A stretch of 21,928 nucleotides of DNA from a virus (lineage: Duplodnaviria; Heunggongvirae; Uroviricota; Caudoviricetes), in IMG/VR virus record IMGVR_UViG_2651869749_000015, one strand, 5' to 3'. Shown piece after piece: positions 15,188-21,928 of this stretch. The notes beneath the pieces are model-generated. The model was not told the origin of the DNA. It did no database searches and saw only the letters and a list, made by a program, of their open reading frames with translations. Both the position numbers and the translations under genes were made by a program. Position 1 is the stretch's first letter, and every line of letters begins with the position of its first letter.

Positions 15188-15997
15188 ATGAATAATCTGA
15201 TGGTCATTGATGGTATTGAAGTTCGTCGTGATGCTTATGGGCGTTACAGCCTGAACGATCTGCATCGCGCAGCAGTAGCATCTGGTGCAAATGCCAGAAC
15301 CAAGGAGCCGGGAAAGTTTCTTTCCAGCCAACAAACTGTTGAGCTTGTTCATGAATTGACCAACACCCAGAATTTGGGTGTTGACCCGGTGAGTGTGATT
15401 CATGGGGGAAATGAACGGGGAACGTATGTCTGCAAGGAACTGGTGTATGCCTATGCAATGTGGATCAGCCCGTCATTCCATCTGAAGGTGATCCGTACTT
15501 TCGATATGGTAACCAGCGCACCGGAAAAATTATCCGGACAGGCTGCTGACAAGATGCAGGCTGGCGTGATCCTGCTGGACTTTATGCGCCGGGAGTTAAA
15601 CCTGTCTAACTCTTCAGTGCTTGGTGCCTGTCAGAAACTCCAGGAGGCTGTTGGCTTACCGAATCTGGCACCGCGCTATGCCATTGATGCTCCTGCTGAT
15701 GCACACGATGGCTCAAGTCGCCCGACACTGTCACTGAGTGCACTGCTGAAACAGTATGGTATACGCCTGACGGCTAATCAGGCATATCACCAGATGGTGA
15801 AACTGGGGATCGTCGAGCAGCGCGAACGATACAGCCGTACCGCGATTAACAACATCAAAAAATTCTGGTCGCTGACAGCGAAAGGCTGCATGTTCGGCAA
15901 GAACATCACCAGTCCCGCAAATCCGCGCGAGACGCAGCCGCATTTCTTCGAATCCCGATTCCCTGAGCTGTTAAAGCTGCTCGATACCGTTCATTGA
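15188..15997 (+). CDS. KilA-N domain protein (antirepressor-like), C-terminal region unknown
   Basis: N-terminal KilA-N-like pattern MVIDGIEVRRDAYGRYSLNDLHRA...GGNERGTYVCKELVYAYAMWISPSFHLKVIRTFD. ATG at 15188 with GAGGAG upstream; the six-frame ORF starts at 15155. Confidence 0.65.
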   Translation: MNNLMVIDGIEVRRDAYGRYSLNDLHRAAVASGANARTKEPGKFLSSQQTVELVHELTNTQNLGVDPVSVIHGGNERGTYVCKELVYAYAMWISPSFHLKVIRTFDMVTSAPEKLSGQAADKMQAGVILLDFMRRELNLSNSSVLGACQKLQEAVGLPNLAPRYAIDAPADAHDGSSRPTLSLSALLKQYGIRLTANQAYHQMVKLGIVEQRERYSRTAINNIKKFWSLTAKGCMFGKNITSPANPRETQPHFFESRFPELLKLLDTVH

Positions 15998-15998
15998 G

Positions 15999-16994
15999 GT
16001 GACCGTGAGAGCACTACTGACCCCTGAAATTGCCCCGCGTATGGGGATCGTATTGTTCAGGCCAGGTTCAGAGCTGATGCCCCTGTTTATGCAGGGGCGT
16101 GTCCTGCTGGAGCCTGAGCCGGAGCGTTATTCATCTTTCGCCAGTGGTGCCGTTCCGGCGGCATCACAACCGCTGGCGGATGATCCTGCCGTTCGGGCCG
16201 TGTTCCGCAATGAGGCAGTGATCCGTCGTGCTGGTGGCGTGGAATGTCTTGAAAGCTGGTTACTTCGTGAAAAAGGCTGCCAGTGGCCTCATTCCGACTG
16301 GCACAGCGAGAACATGACCACAATGCGACACGCTCCGGGTGCAATCCGTCTGTGCTGGCACTGCGATAACCAGCTGCGCGATCAGTTCACGGAACGGCTG
16401 GAATCAATGGCAACGGATAACTGTGCCCGCTGGGTGTTGTCTGTTGTGCGTCGGGATCTCGGTTTTGATGACAGTCACGTTGTGACAATGCCGGAACTGT
16501 GCTGGTGGCTGATTCGTAATGATCTGGCGGATGCCTTACCGGAAAGTGCAGCCCGTAAGGCACTGAGATTACCGAAGCCTGTTGTGCCGTCTGTTACCCG
16601 GGAAAGTGACCTTGTGCCTTCGGTTCCTGCCACCAGCATCATCCAGGATAAGGCGAAAAAGGTGCTGGCGCTGAAAGTGGATCCGGAGTCGCCGGAGTCT
16701 TTTATGTTACGCCCAAAACGTCGCCGCTGGGTTAATGAAAAGTACACGCGCTGGGTTAAGACACAGCCGTGTGCATGTTGTGGAAAGCCCGCTGATGATC
16801 CCCACCACCTGATAGGTCACGGTCAGGGTGGAATGGGAACAAAAGCGCATGACCTTTTTGTGTTGCCTTTGTGCAGAAAGCATCACGACGAGCTGCATGC
16901 GGATACCGTGGCATTTGAAGAGAAGTATGGCTCCCAGCTGGAGCTGATATTTCGTTTTATCGATCGTGCGCTGGCAATTGGCGTGCTGGCCTGA
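15999..16994 (+). CDS. DUF968-like phage protein with C-terminal HNH/zinc-finger-like motif
   Basis: 331 aa. C-terminal [46 protein letters not shown] start overlapping the upstream stop. Confidence 0.55.
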   Translation: MTVRALLTPEIAPRMGIVLFRPGSELMPLFMQGRVLLEPEPERYSSFASGAVPAASQPLADDPAVRAVFRNEAVIRRAGGVECLESWLLREKGCQWPHSDWHSENMTTMRHAPGAIRLCWHCDNQLRDQFTERLESMATDNCARWVLSVVRRDLGFDDSHVVTMPELCWWLIRNDLADALPESAARKALRLPKPVVPSVTRESDLVPSVPATSIIQDKAKKVLALKVDPESPESFMLRPKRRRWVNEKYTRWVKTQPCACCGKPADDPHHLIGHGQGGMGTKAHDLFVLPLCRKHHDELHADTVAFEEKYGSQLELIFRFIDRALAIGVLA

Positions 16995-17011
16995 TTTTGT
17001 GGAGAAAGTTG

Positions 17012-17377
17012 ATGCGTGATATTCAAATGGTTCTTGAACGTTGGGGGGCATGGGTGGCAAATAATCACGAGGATGTCACCTGGTCGTCTATTGCTGCAGG
17101 ATTTAAAGGACTAATCCCTTCAAAAGTAAAATCCCGCCCGCAATGTTGTGACGATGACGCGATGATCATTTGTGGATGCATGGCTCGCCTGAAAAAGAAC
17201 AACAGCGATTTGCACGATTTATTAGTGGATTATTATGTAGGTGGTATGACTTTTATGGCGCTTGCCCGTAAACATGGGCGTTCTGATTGCTGGGTTGGGC
17301 GTTTATTGCAAAAGGCTGAAGGTGTAGTTGATGGCATGTTAATGATGTTAGAAATTGAGCTAGAGATGGATCGTTAG
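17012..17377 (+). CDS. Q: Late-gene antitermination protein Q (phage-82/DLP12 QuuD-like family)
   Basis: [36 protein letters not shown]...[16 protein letters not shown] matches the Q-antiterminator family as I recall it. ATG at 17012 with GGAG 8 nt upstream; the six-frame ORF starts at a TTG at 16997. Confidence 0.8.
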   Translation: MRDIQMVLERWGAWVANNHEDVTWSSIAAGFKGLIPSKVKSRPQCCDDDAMIICGCMARLKKNNSDLHDLLVDYYVGGMTFMALARKHGRSDCWVGRLLQKAEGVVDGMLMMLEIELEMDR

Positions 17378-17419
17378 AAGACCTCTTATTGAGGGGGTAA
17401 TTGAATCAGTTTAATGTGT

Positions 17420-17455
17420 GGGGAGTCGATTTATTCTCCCCATTTTATTTAATTT
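17420..17455 (+). terminator. Intrinsic terminator at the end of the early-right operon, downstream of Q
   Basis: GGGGAG-tcgatttatt-CTCCCC hairpin (17420-17441) followed by ATTTTATTTAATTT. Confidence 0.5.
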
Positions 17456-17457
17456 AT

Positions 17458-17904
17458 TTAAGGTTTTAATTCATCAAGACGTTGTTGGATAGTGTTTTTG
17501 CTTGCGTTGTCTGTTATAGACATTTGTTGTACTTGCCCCATTGCCATTTGAGTTTCCATCCACATATCGGCCCACACTTTTGTATCGTTATTAACTTGAG
17601 CGATAGTAAATCTGACTTTTGATACCGGGGTTGTTGAATAGGCATTGCCGATTAACATTTGTCCAAAAACAGCAGAGCCGCCTTCCAGTTCTTTACCACA
17701 TATAACACTGCTGTTATCCGCGTTGTAAATTATCAACCCTCTACTATTGCAGTAATTCACAAGGGCATCTTTGACTTTATCTTTTGTCGTATTTTGATAA
17801 ACCCCCTCAGGTTTTCCTGATTGAGTTTTCTTTATCAATGGTACGGAAGAAGTACAACCTGAAATGATAGTTGCGCTAAGTAATAGTACAGTCATTTTAT
17901 TCAT
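17458..17904 (-). CDS. Lipoprotein of unknown function (AT-rich moron, opposite strand to flanking operons)
   Basis: 148 aa. Signal peptide with lipobox (MNKMTVLLLSATIISGC). About 35% GC by eye versus ~50% backbone. Sits between Q and the putative late promoter. Confidence 0.7.
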   Translation of the reverse strand: MNKMTVLLLSATIISGCTSSVPLIKKTQSGKPEGVYQNTTKDKVKDALVNYCNSRGLIIYNADNSSVICGKELEGGSAVFGQMLIGNAYSTTPVSKVRFTIAQVNNDTKVWADMWMETQMAMGQVQQMSITDNASKNTIQQRLDELKP

Positions 17905-17969
17905 GTTTCTTATCCATTGTTAAGGGCATACCCACACAATTATTTTTATTGGAGATGAATAATCAACCG

Positions 17970-17997
17970 TTTACAATCGTAAAAAATCAAATATGCT
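17970..17997 (+). promoter_or_regulatory. Candidate late promoter pR'
   Basis: TTTACA (17970-17975), 16 nt, TATGCT (17992-17997), downstream of Q and upstream of the late/lysis genes. Confidence 0.3.
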
Positions 17998-18030
17998 GTT
18001 AAGAGTGGTTACTTCGCCACACAACTTAAA

Positions 18031-18052
18031 CCCGCCGCTGAGCGGTTTTTTT
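18031..18052 (+). terminator. Candidate promoter-proximal terminator (tR'-like), implying a short 6S-like leader transcript
   Basis: CCGCT-G-AGCGG inverted repeat (18035-18045) followed by seven T (18046-18052), about 45 nt downstream of the candidate pR' start. Confidence 0.3.
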
Positions 18053-18150
18053 GTACCTGTAAACCTGGTGCAGTACAGTAAACACGCTGGTGGTCGTGAA
18101 TACTGACTTTTTATCTTGCTGGCTTTTTAGACAAGAGTTATTGGTATGTC

Positions 18151-18378
18151 ATGTTAACCAGAAGGGAAAAAGACATGCTAAAACAGCAAGATATGACAGA
18201 AACCGCCGCCGCAGTCCTTCATTTCTTACCTGCTGACAAGTGGGTAACGCCACGCATGATGACGAGAACTACCGGAGTAAGCGAAGCCCGGTGCCAGTTA
18301 ATACTGACTCAGTTAGTTCTGGCGGGTCTGGCGAAGGATAACGGCGGGTACGGGAATAAATTCAGACGCTGCCAGTAA
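18151..18378 (+). CDS. Hypothetical small protein, first ORF after the late promoter
   Basis: 75 aa ORF; an alternative ATG at 18175 has AGGGA upstream. Possible HTH-like segment VTPRMMTRTTGVSEARCQLILTQLVLAGLA. Confidence 0.4.
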   Translation: MLTRREKDMLKQQDMTETAAAVLHFLPADKWVTPRMMTRTTGVSEARCQLILTQLVLAGLAKDNGGYGNKFRRCQ

Positions 18379-18528
18379 TGGCGGTTTCCTGCTGTGAAAA
18401 TGGGCGGCTGGTGGGTGTTGGTAGCACCTGCCAGCCATTCGCTCATGCTTACTGGTCACAAGCGAACCACGGCCCACTGCTTTAGCGCAAAAGCAGAGTG
18501 AGCCTACCAGAGTTACGCTTACTGATCC

Positions 18529-19581
18529 ATGAAAAATACTGTGAAAATAAACAGTGTTGATTTAATCAACGCTGATTGCCTGCATTTTATTCAGTCCCTG
18601 CCTGATGATTCCATTGACCTGATTGTTACCGATCCGCCGTACTTCAAGGTGAAACCCAACGGCTGGGACAATCAGTGGAAAGGGGACGAAGATTACCTTA
18701 AGTGGCTGGACCACTGTCTGGCCCAGTTCTGGCGGGTGTTAAAACCTGCCGGAAGCCTTTACCTGTTCTGTGGGCATCGCCTGGCATCTGATATTGAGAT
18801 CATGATGCGTGAACGTTTCAACGTGCTTAACCATATCATCTGGGCGAAGCCGTCCGGACGTTGGAATGGGTGTAATAAAGAAAGTCTGCGTGCATATTTT
18901 CCAGCCACAGAGCGCGTTCTGTTTGCTGAACATTACCAGGGGCCATATCGCGGCAAAAGTGACGGCTATGCGGCAAAAGAAAGGGAACTCAAACAGCACA
19001 TAATGGCACCGCTGATTTCGTATTTCAGGGATGCTCGTGCCGAACTGGGTATAACGGCAAAACAAATTGCCGAAGCCACAGGTAAGAAAAATATGGTTTC
19101 CCACTGGTTTGGTGCCAGTCAGTGGCAGTTGCCGAATGAGGCTGACTATCGGAAGTTACAGGCACTGTTTTCCCGTATAGCGGCAGAGAAGTTTCAGGAA
19201 CAACAACTGGAACAACCACACCACCAGCTGGTGGCATCTTATGATTCACTGAATCGCAAATATTCTGAATTGCTGGATGAGTTTAAATCTCTCCGGCGCT
19301 ATTTCTCCGTATCAGTCTCCGTGCCTTATACCGATGTCTGGATGCATAAACCCGTTCAGTTCTACCCGGGTAAACATCCGTGTGAGAAACCTGCGGATAT
19401 GCTCCGGCAAATAATCAATGCCAGTAGTCGACCTGGTGATCTGGTTGCTGATTTTTTTATGGGATCCGGTTCCACAATAAAAGCAGCAATGGCGCTGGGG
19501 CGTCGGGCCTTAGGTGTTGAGCTTGAGTCAGAGCGGTTTAACCAGACAGTGAAAGAGATAAACGAGCTGGTGGGGAAATAA
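18529..19581 (+). CDS. DNA methyltransferase, beta-class N6-adenine/N4-cytosine type (orphan, no restriction enzyme partner seen)
   Basis: 350 aa. Motif IV DPPY (LIVTDPPYF) near the N-terminus and motif I FxGSGS (DFFMGSGSTIKAA) near the C-terminus. Confidence 0.8.
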   Translation: MKNTVKINSVDLINADCLHFIQSLPDDSIDLIVTDPPYFKVKPNGWDNQWKGDEDYLKWLDHCLAQFWRVLKPAGSLYLFCGHRLASDIEIMMRERFNVLNHIIWAKPSGRWNGCNKESLRAYFPATERVLFAEHYQGPYRGKSDGYAAKERELKQHIMAPLISYFRDARAELGITAKQIAEATGKKNMVSHWFGASQWQLPNEADYRKLQALFSRIAAEKFQEQQLEQPHHQLVASYDSLNRKYSELLDEFKSLRRYFSVSVSVPYTDVWMHKPVQFYPGKHPCEKPADMLRQIINASSRPGDLVADFFMGSGSTIKAAMALGRRALGVELESERFNQTVKEINELVGK

Positions 19582-19587
19582 TCTGGT

Positions 19588-19612
19588 GGCCACGTAGGTG
19601 GCCTTTTTATTT
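19588..19612 (+). terminator. Hairpin plus T-run downstream of the methyltransferase gene
   Basis: GGCCAC-gtag-GTGGCC (19588-19603) followed by TTTTTATTT. Confidence 0.45.
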
Positions 19613-19647
19613 CCATTACACAGCACCCGCATCTGCGAGGTGGGGTT

Positions 19648-19863
19648 ATGAAATCCATGGATAAGTTAACAACGGGTGTCGCCTATGGCACCTCAGCAGG
19701 TAGTGCCGGGTACTGGTTTTTACAGTTGCTCGATAAAGTCACGCCCTCACAGTGGGCGGCAATAGGTGTGCTGGGTAGTCTGGTATTTGGCTTGCTGACG
19801 TATCTGACAAACCTTTATTTCAAGATTAAAGAAGATAAGCGTAAGGCTGCGAGAGGTGAATAA
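19648..19863 (+). CDS. S: Class II holin (pinholin, phage-21 S21-like) with dual-start motif
   Basis: 71 aa, [58 protein letters not shown]. Two transmembrane domains, M1-K-S-M4 dual start, basic C-terminus. Confidence 0.85.
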
Positions 19864-20360
19864 TGTCGCCATCATTACGCAAGGCTGTTGCTGCTGCTAT
19901 TGGTGGTGGGGCTGTTGCCATAGCGTCTGTGCTCATCACTGGTCCGAGTGGTGACGATGGCCTGGAAGGTGTCAGCTACATACCATACAAAGATATCGTT
20001 GGCGTATGGACTGTATGCCACGGACACACCGGAAAAGACATCATGCTAGGTAAAACGTATACCGAAGCAGAATGCAAAGCCCTCCTGAATAAAGACCTTG
20101 CCACGGTCGCCAGACAAATTAACCCGTACATCAAAGTCGATATACCGGAAACAACGCGCGGCGCTCTTTACTCGTTCGTCTACAACGTGGGTGCTGGCAA
20201 TTTCAGAACATCGACGCTTCTTCGCAAAATAAACCAGGGCGATATCAAAGGCGCATGTGACCAGCTACGTCGCTGGACATACGCTGGCGGTAAGCAATGG
20301 AAAGGCCTGATGACTCGTCGTGAGATTGAGCGTGAAGTCTGTTTGTGGGGGCAACAATGA
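19863..20360 (+). CDS. R: SAR endolysin (phage-21 R21-like lysozyme with N-terminal signal-anchor-release domain)
   Basis: N-terminal G/A-rich SAR helix [20 protein letters not shown]. Catalytic E-D-T triad region [24 protein letters not shown]. Start overlaps the holin stop (TAATG). Confidence 0.9.
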   Translation: MSPSLRKAVAAAIGGGAVAIASVLITGPSGDDGLEGVSYIPYKDIVGVWTVCHGHTGKDIMLGKTYTEAECKALLNKDLATVARQINPYIKVDIPETTRGALYSFVYNVGAGNFRTSTLLRKINQGDIKGACDQLRRWTYAGGKQWKGLMTRREIEREVCLWGQQ

Positions 20361-20824
20361 GCAGAGTAACCGCGATTATCTCCGCTCTGGTTATCTGCAT
20401 CATCGTCTGCCTGTCGTGGGCGGTCAATCATTACCGTGATAACGCCATCGCCTACAAAGAACAGCGTGATAAAAAAGTCAGTGAGCTGAAGCAGGCGACC
20501 GCCACCATCGCTGACATGCAGCAGCGTCAGCGTGATGTTGCTGCGATCGATGCAAAATACACGAAGGAGTTAGCCGATGCGAAAACTGAAAATGAAACTC
20601 TGCGCGCTGATGTTGCCGCTGGTCGTAAGCGCCTGCGGGTCAATGCCAGTTGCTCCGCAGCCGTGCGTGAAGCCACCGGACCCACCAGCATGGATAATGC
20701 AACCAGCCCCCGACTGGCAGACACCGCTGAACGGGATTATTTCACCCTCAGAGAACGGTTGATGACGATGCAGAAGCAACTGGAAGGGGCGCAGGAATAT
20801 ATCCGCACCCAGCGCATTAAGTAG
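20357..20824 (+). CDS. Rz: Rz i-spanin
   Basis: [39 protein letters not shown]... with an N-terminal transmembrane helix and coiled-coil, lambda-Rz-like. ATG at 20357 overlaps the endolysin TGA; the six-frame ORF starts at a GTG at 20345. Confidence 0.85.
   Translation: MSRVTAIISALVICIIVCLSWAVNHYRDNAIAYKEQRDKKVSELKQATATIADMQQRQRDVAAIDAKYTKELADAKTENETLRADVAAGRKRLRVNASCSAAVREATGPTSMDNATSPRLADTAERDYFTLRERLMTMQKQLEGAQEYIRTQRIK
20577..20762 (+). CDS. Rz1: Rz1 o-spanin lipoprotein, embedded in the +1 frame of Rz
   Basis: 61 aa, [23 protein letters not shown]... with a lipobox and proline-rich [30 protein letters not shown], lambda-Rz1-like. AGGAG SD. Confidence 0.8.
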   Translation: MRKLKMKLCALMLPLVVSACGSMPVAPQPCVKPPDPPAWIMQPAPDWQTPLNGIISPSENG

Positions 20825-20845
20825 CTGGAGAAAAAACACGAATCT

Positions 20846-21208
20846 GTGGTTTTTACTGAGCGCGGTGTACACGGTGGAACATATGGCGGGAAGTTTGTTG
20901 CTTATGATTATGCAGCATGGCTAAACCCCGGATTTAAATATGCAGCCTATAAAGTCCTGGATGACTACTTCACCGGAGAACTTCAGCATCGCAACAGCTT
21001 AAGTGCGCAGCTCAATATGAAGTGTCATGAGTTTGATCAGAAAAAAGATATGGTGAGCTTCTGTGGACAAGGGCTGGCGGCATGGCGCTATACGAAGCCA
21101 GTGTTGGTCGCTGAGATTAACTCCCTGGCTAACCAGCTGCAGATAACGATCCCCGGGCTGTCCGGTATTTGCCGGTATGAAATTACCGGAAGGCGCGGTC
21201 GTTACTGA
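20846..21208 (+). CDS. Hypothetical protein resembling the C-terminal half of a KilA-N domain (possibly a truncated remnant)
   Basis: GTG-start ORF. HGGTYGGKFVAYDYAAWLNPGFKYAAYKVLDDYF parallels GGNERGTYVCKELVYAYAMWISPSFHLKVIRTFD in the KilA-N protein at 15188-15997. It lies in-frame immediately after the Rz TAG stop, with no ATG and no obvious SD. Confidence 0.35.
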   Translation: MVFTERGVHGGTYGGKFVAYDYAAWLNPGFKYAAYKVLDDYFTGELQHRNSLSAQLNMKCHEFDQKKDMVSFCGQGLAAWRYTKPVLVAEINSLANQLQITIPGLSGICRYEITGRRGRY

Positions 21209-21439
21209 GTAAGAGCAGGCATTACAGCAGCCCTTCACTGAGGGGCTGCGATAATGTGAGGAATAAAAAACCGGCAGGGGAAATCCATTGAAGATTTGCC
21301 GGTGGCAAAAGATGGCCATGCTTTTAACCTTAGTAGCAGAGCTACGGAGTTCAACAACGACCGTCGCCGTTATCTTGCTGAAAGGCGTTTCAATGATTTT
21401 CATCAATTTATTCATCAGCAATGGTGATAATCACTCTCA

Positions 21440-21660
21440 TTTTGGCGGGTCCTTCCGGTGGGGTGGCCTGCCACGGGGCGGGAGCGTCGCGGAAAAAGGC
21501 TAGTTTTTGAAATTTCATTCGTCATCACCACTGCTGTAATTGATTGATATTACAGTAGTTTTATTTTTACGGTGTCGATTTTGATTGTTTTTTGTTCATC
21601 ACTAACACCGTTTGCCTAAAGTTGTTCGCAAGATGCATGTTTAAAACATTCTGGAGCGGG
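21440..21660. other. Putative cos site (cosN-like GC-rich core plus cosB-like region) upstream of the terminase small-subunit gene
   Basis: ACGGGGCGGGAGCGTCGCGG (21472-21491) resembles lambda ACGGGGCGGCGACCTCGCGGG. Downstream TTCGTCAT and GTTTTATTTTTA resemble lambda cosB segments (CTTCGTCATAA, GTTTTTATTTAAA). Spacing from the core to the terminase ATG (~185 bp) is like lambda cosN to Nu1 (~190 bp). Compared from memory only. Confidence 0.45.
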
Positions 21661-21661
21661 T

Positions 21662-21928
21662 ATGGATCGAGAGTTAAAAAATCTGACGCTGAATATCAGT
21701 CAACTGGCGGCACTGTCAGGTGTACATCGCCAGACTGCTGCGGCAAGGCTGCAAAATCTACCCGTTGCAGGGGGGCATGAAAGCAACCTCAAGCTTTATC
21801 GGGTGGTTGATATTGTGTCGGCATTTCTGGCATTACCACCGCCGGTTGCAGAAGGCGAAATGGACGCGCATGAGCGCAAAGCCTGGTATCAGTCTGAACG
21901 TGAGCGTCTTAAGTTCGAACAGGAAACG
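21662..21928 (+). CDS. Terminase small subunit (Nu1-like), 5' partial - runs off the window end
   Basis: ATG at 21662 with GGAGCGGG upstream. MDRELKNLTLNISQLAALSGVHRQTAAARLQNLPVAGGHESNLKLYRVVDIVSAF... has the same architecture as lambda Nu1 (HTH, then GGGKGNEVLYDSAAVIKWY). No stop codon before the window ends. Confidence 0.6.
   Translation, partial: MDRELKNLTLNISQLAALSGVHRQTAAARLQNLPVAGGHESNLKLYRVVDIVSAFLALPPPVAEGEMDAHERKAWYQSERERLKFEQET

Noticed and set aside
17378-18528. Shiga toxin (stx) or another toxin cargo downstream of Q
   Set aside because: The Q to lysis interval was checked because the architecture resembles Stx phages, but the ORFs there are a lipoprotein, a 75 aa unknown and a methyltransferase; nothing resembles StxA or StxB.
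21209-21439. Hairpins GCAGCCC-N8-GGGGCTGC (about 21222-21245) and CCGGCA-N20-TGCCGG (about 21271-21300) as terminators
   Set aside because: Neither is followed by a T-run on either strand; they may be cosQ-proximal structure or chance.
20999-21503. ORFs 20999-21421 (minus) and 21288-21503 (plus) in the region between the lysis genes and cos
   Set aside because: They overlap the KilA-N-like ORF antisense or fall in the cos region; no SD; composition not protein-like.
1-21928. tRNA, rRNA or CRISPR arrays
   Set aside because: No cloverleaf-like tRNA candidates stood out on inspection; the attachment site lies in a protein gene, not a tRNA. No regularly spaced direct-repeat/spacer arrays were seen; the only tandem repeats are the in-gene iterons at 12760-12910.

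Overview
This window looks like the integrase-proximal ~22 kb of a lambdoid prophage inserted into the 5' end of the host prfC gene. All calls come from reading the ORF translations and the nucleotide sequence by eye; no searches were run. From left to right: a truncated prfC start (91-165); a P4-type tyrosine integrase (386-1609); an AT-rich three-gene cargo operon on the minus strand (1907-3816) encoding a GHKL/RsbW-like ATPase-kinase, a small STAS-like protein and a single-pass membrane protein; a ~750 bp ORF-free spacer; an excisionase-like gene and a translationally coupled early-left operon (Ea22-like, YfdT/S/R/Q/P-like, 4564-8824); the immunity region (LexA-like autocleavable CI repressor, Cro, CII-like, with shared operator-like repeats on both sides of cI); an early-right operon (Rha, replication initiator with in-gene iterons, PerC-like regulator, Dam-type methyltransferase, LexA-DNA-binding-domain-only protein, RusA, KilA-N protein, DUF968-like protein, antiterminator Q); an AT-rich lipoprotein moron; a putative late promoter; a beta-class DNA methyltransferase; a phage-21-type lysis cassette (pinholin, SAR endolysin, Rz with embedded Rz1); a lambda-like cos region; and the 5' end of a terminase small-subunit gene running off the window. 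The most interesting candidate is the integrase-adjacent three-gene operon, which resembles a partner-switching module coupled to a membrane protein and which I cannot match to any named defence system; its role is hypothesis only. No tRNA, rRNA, CRISPR array or stx genes were seen.
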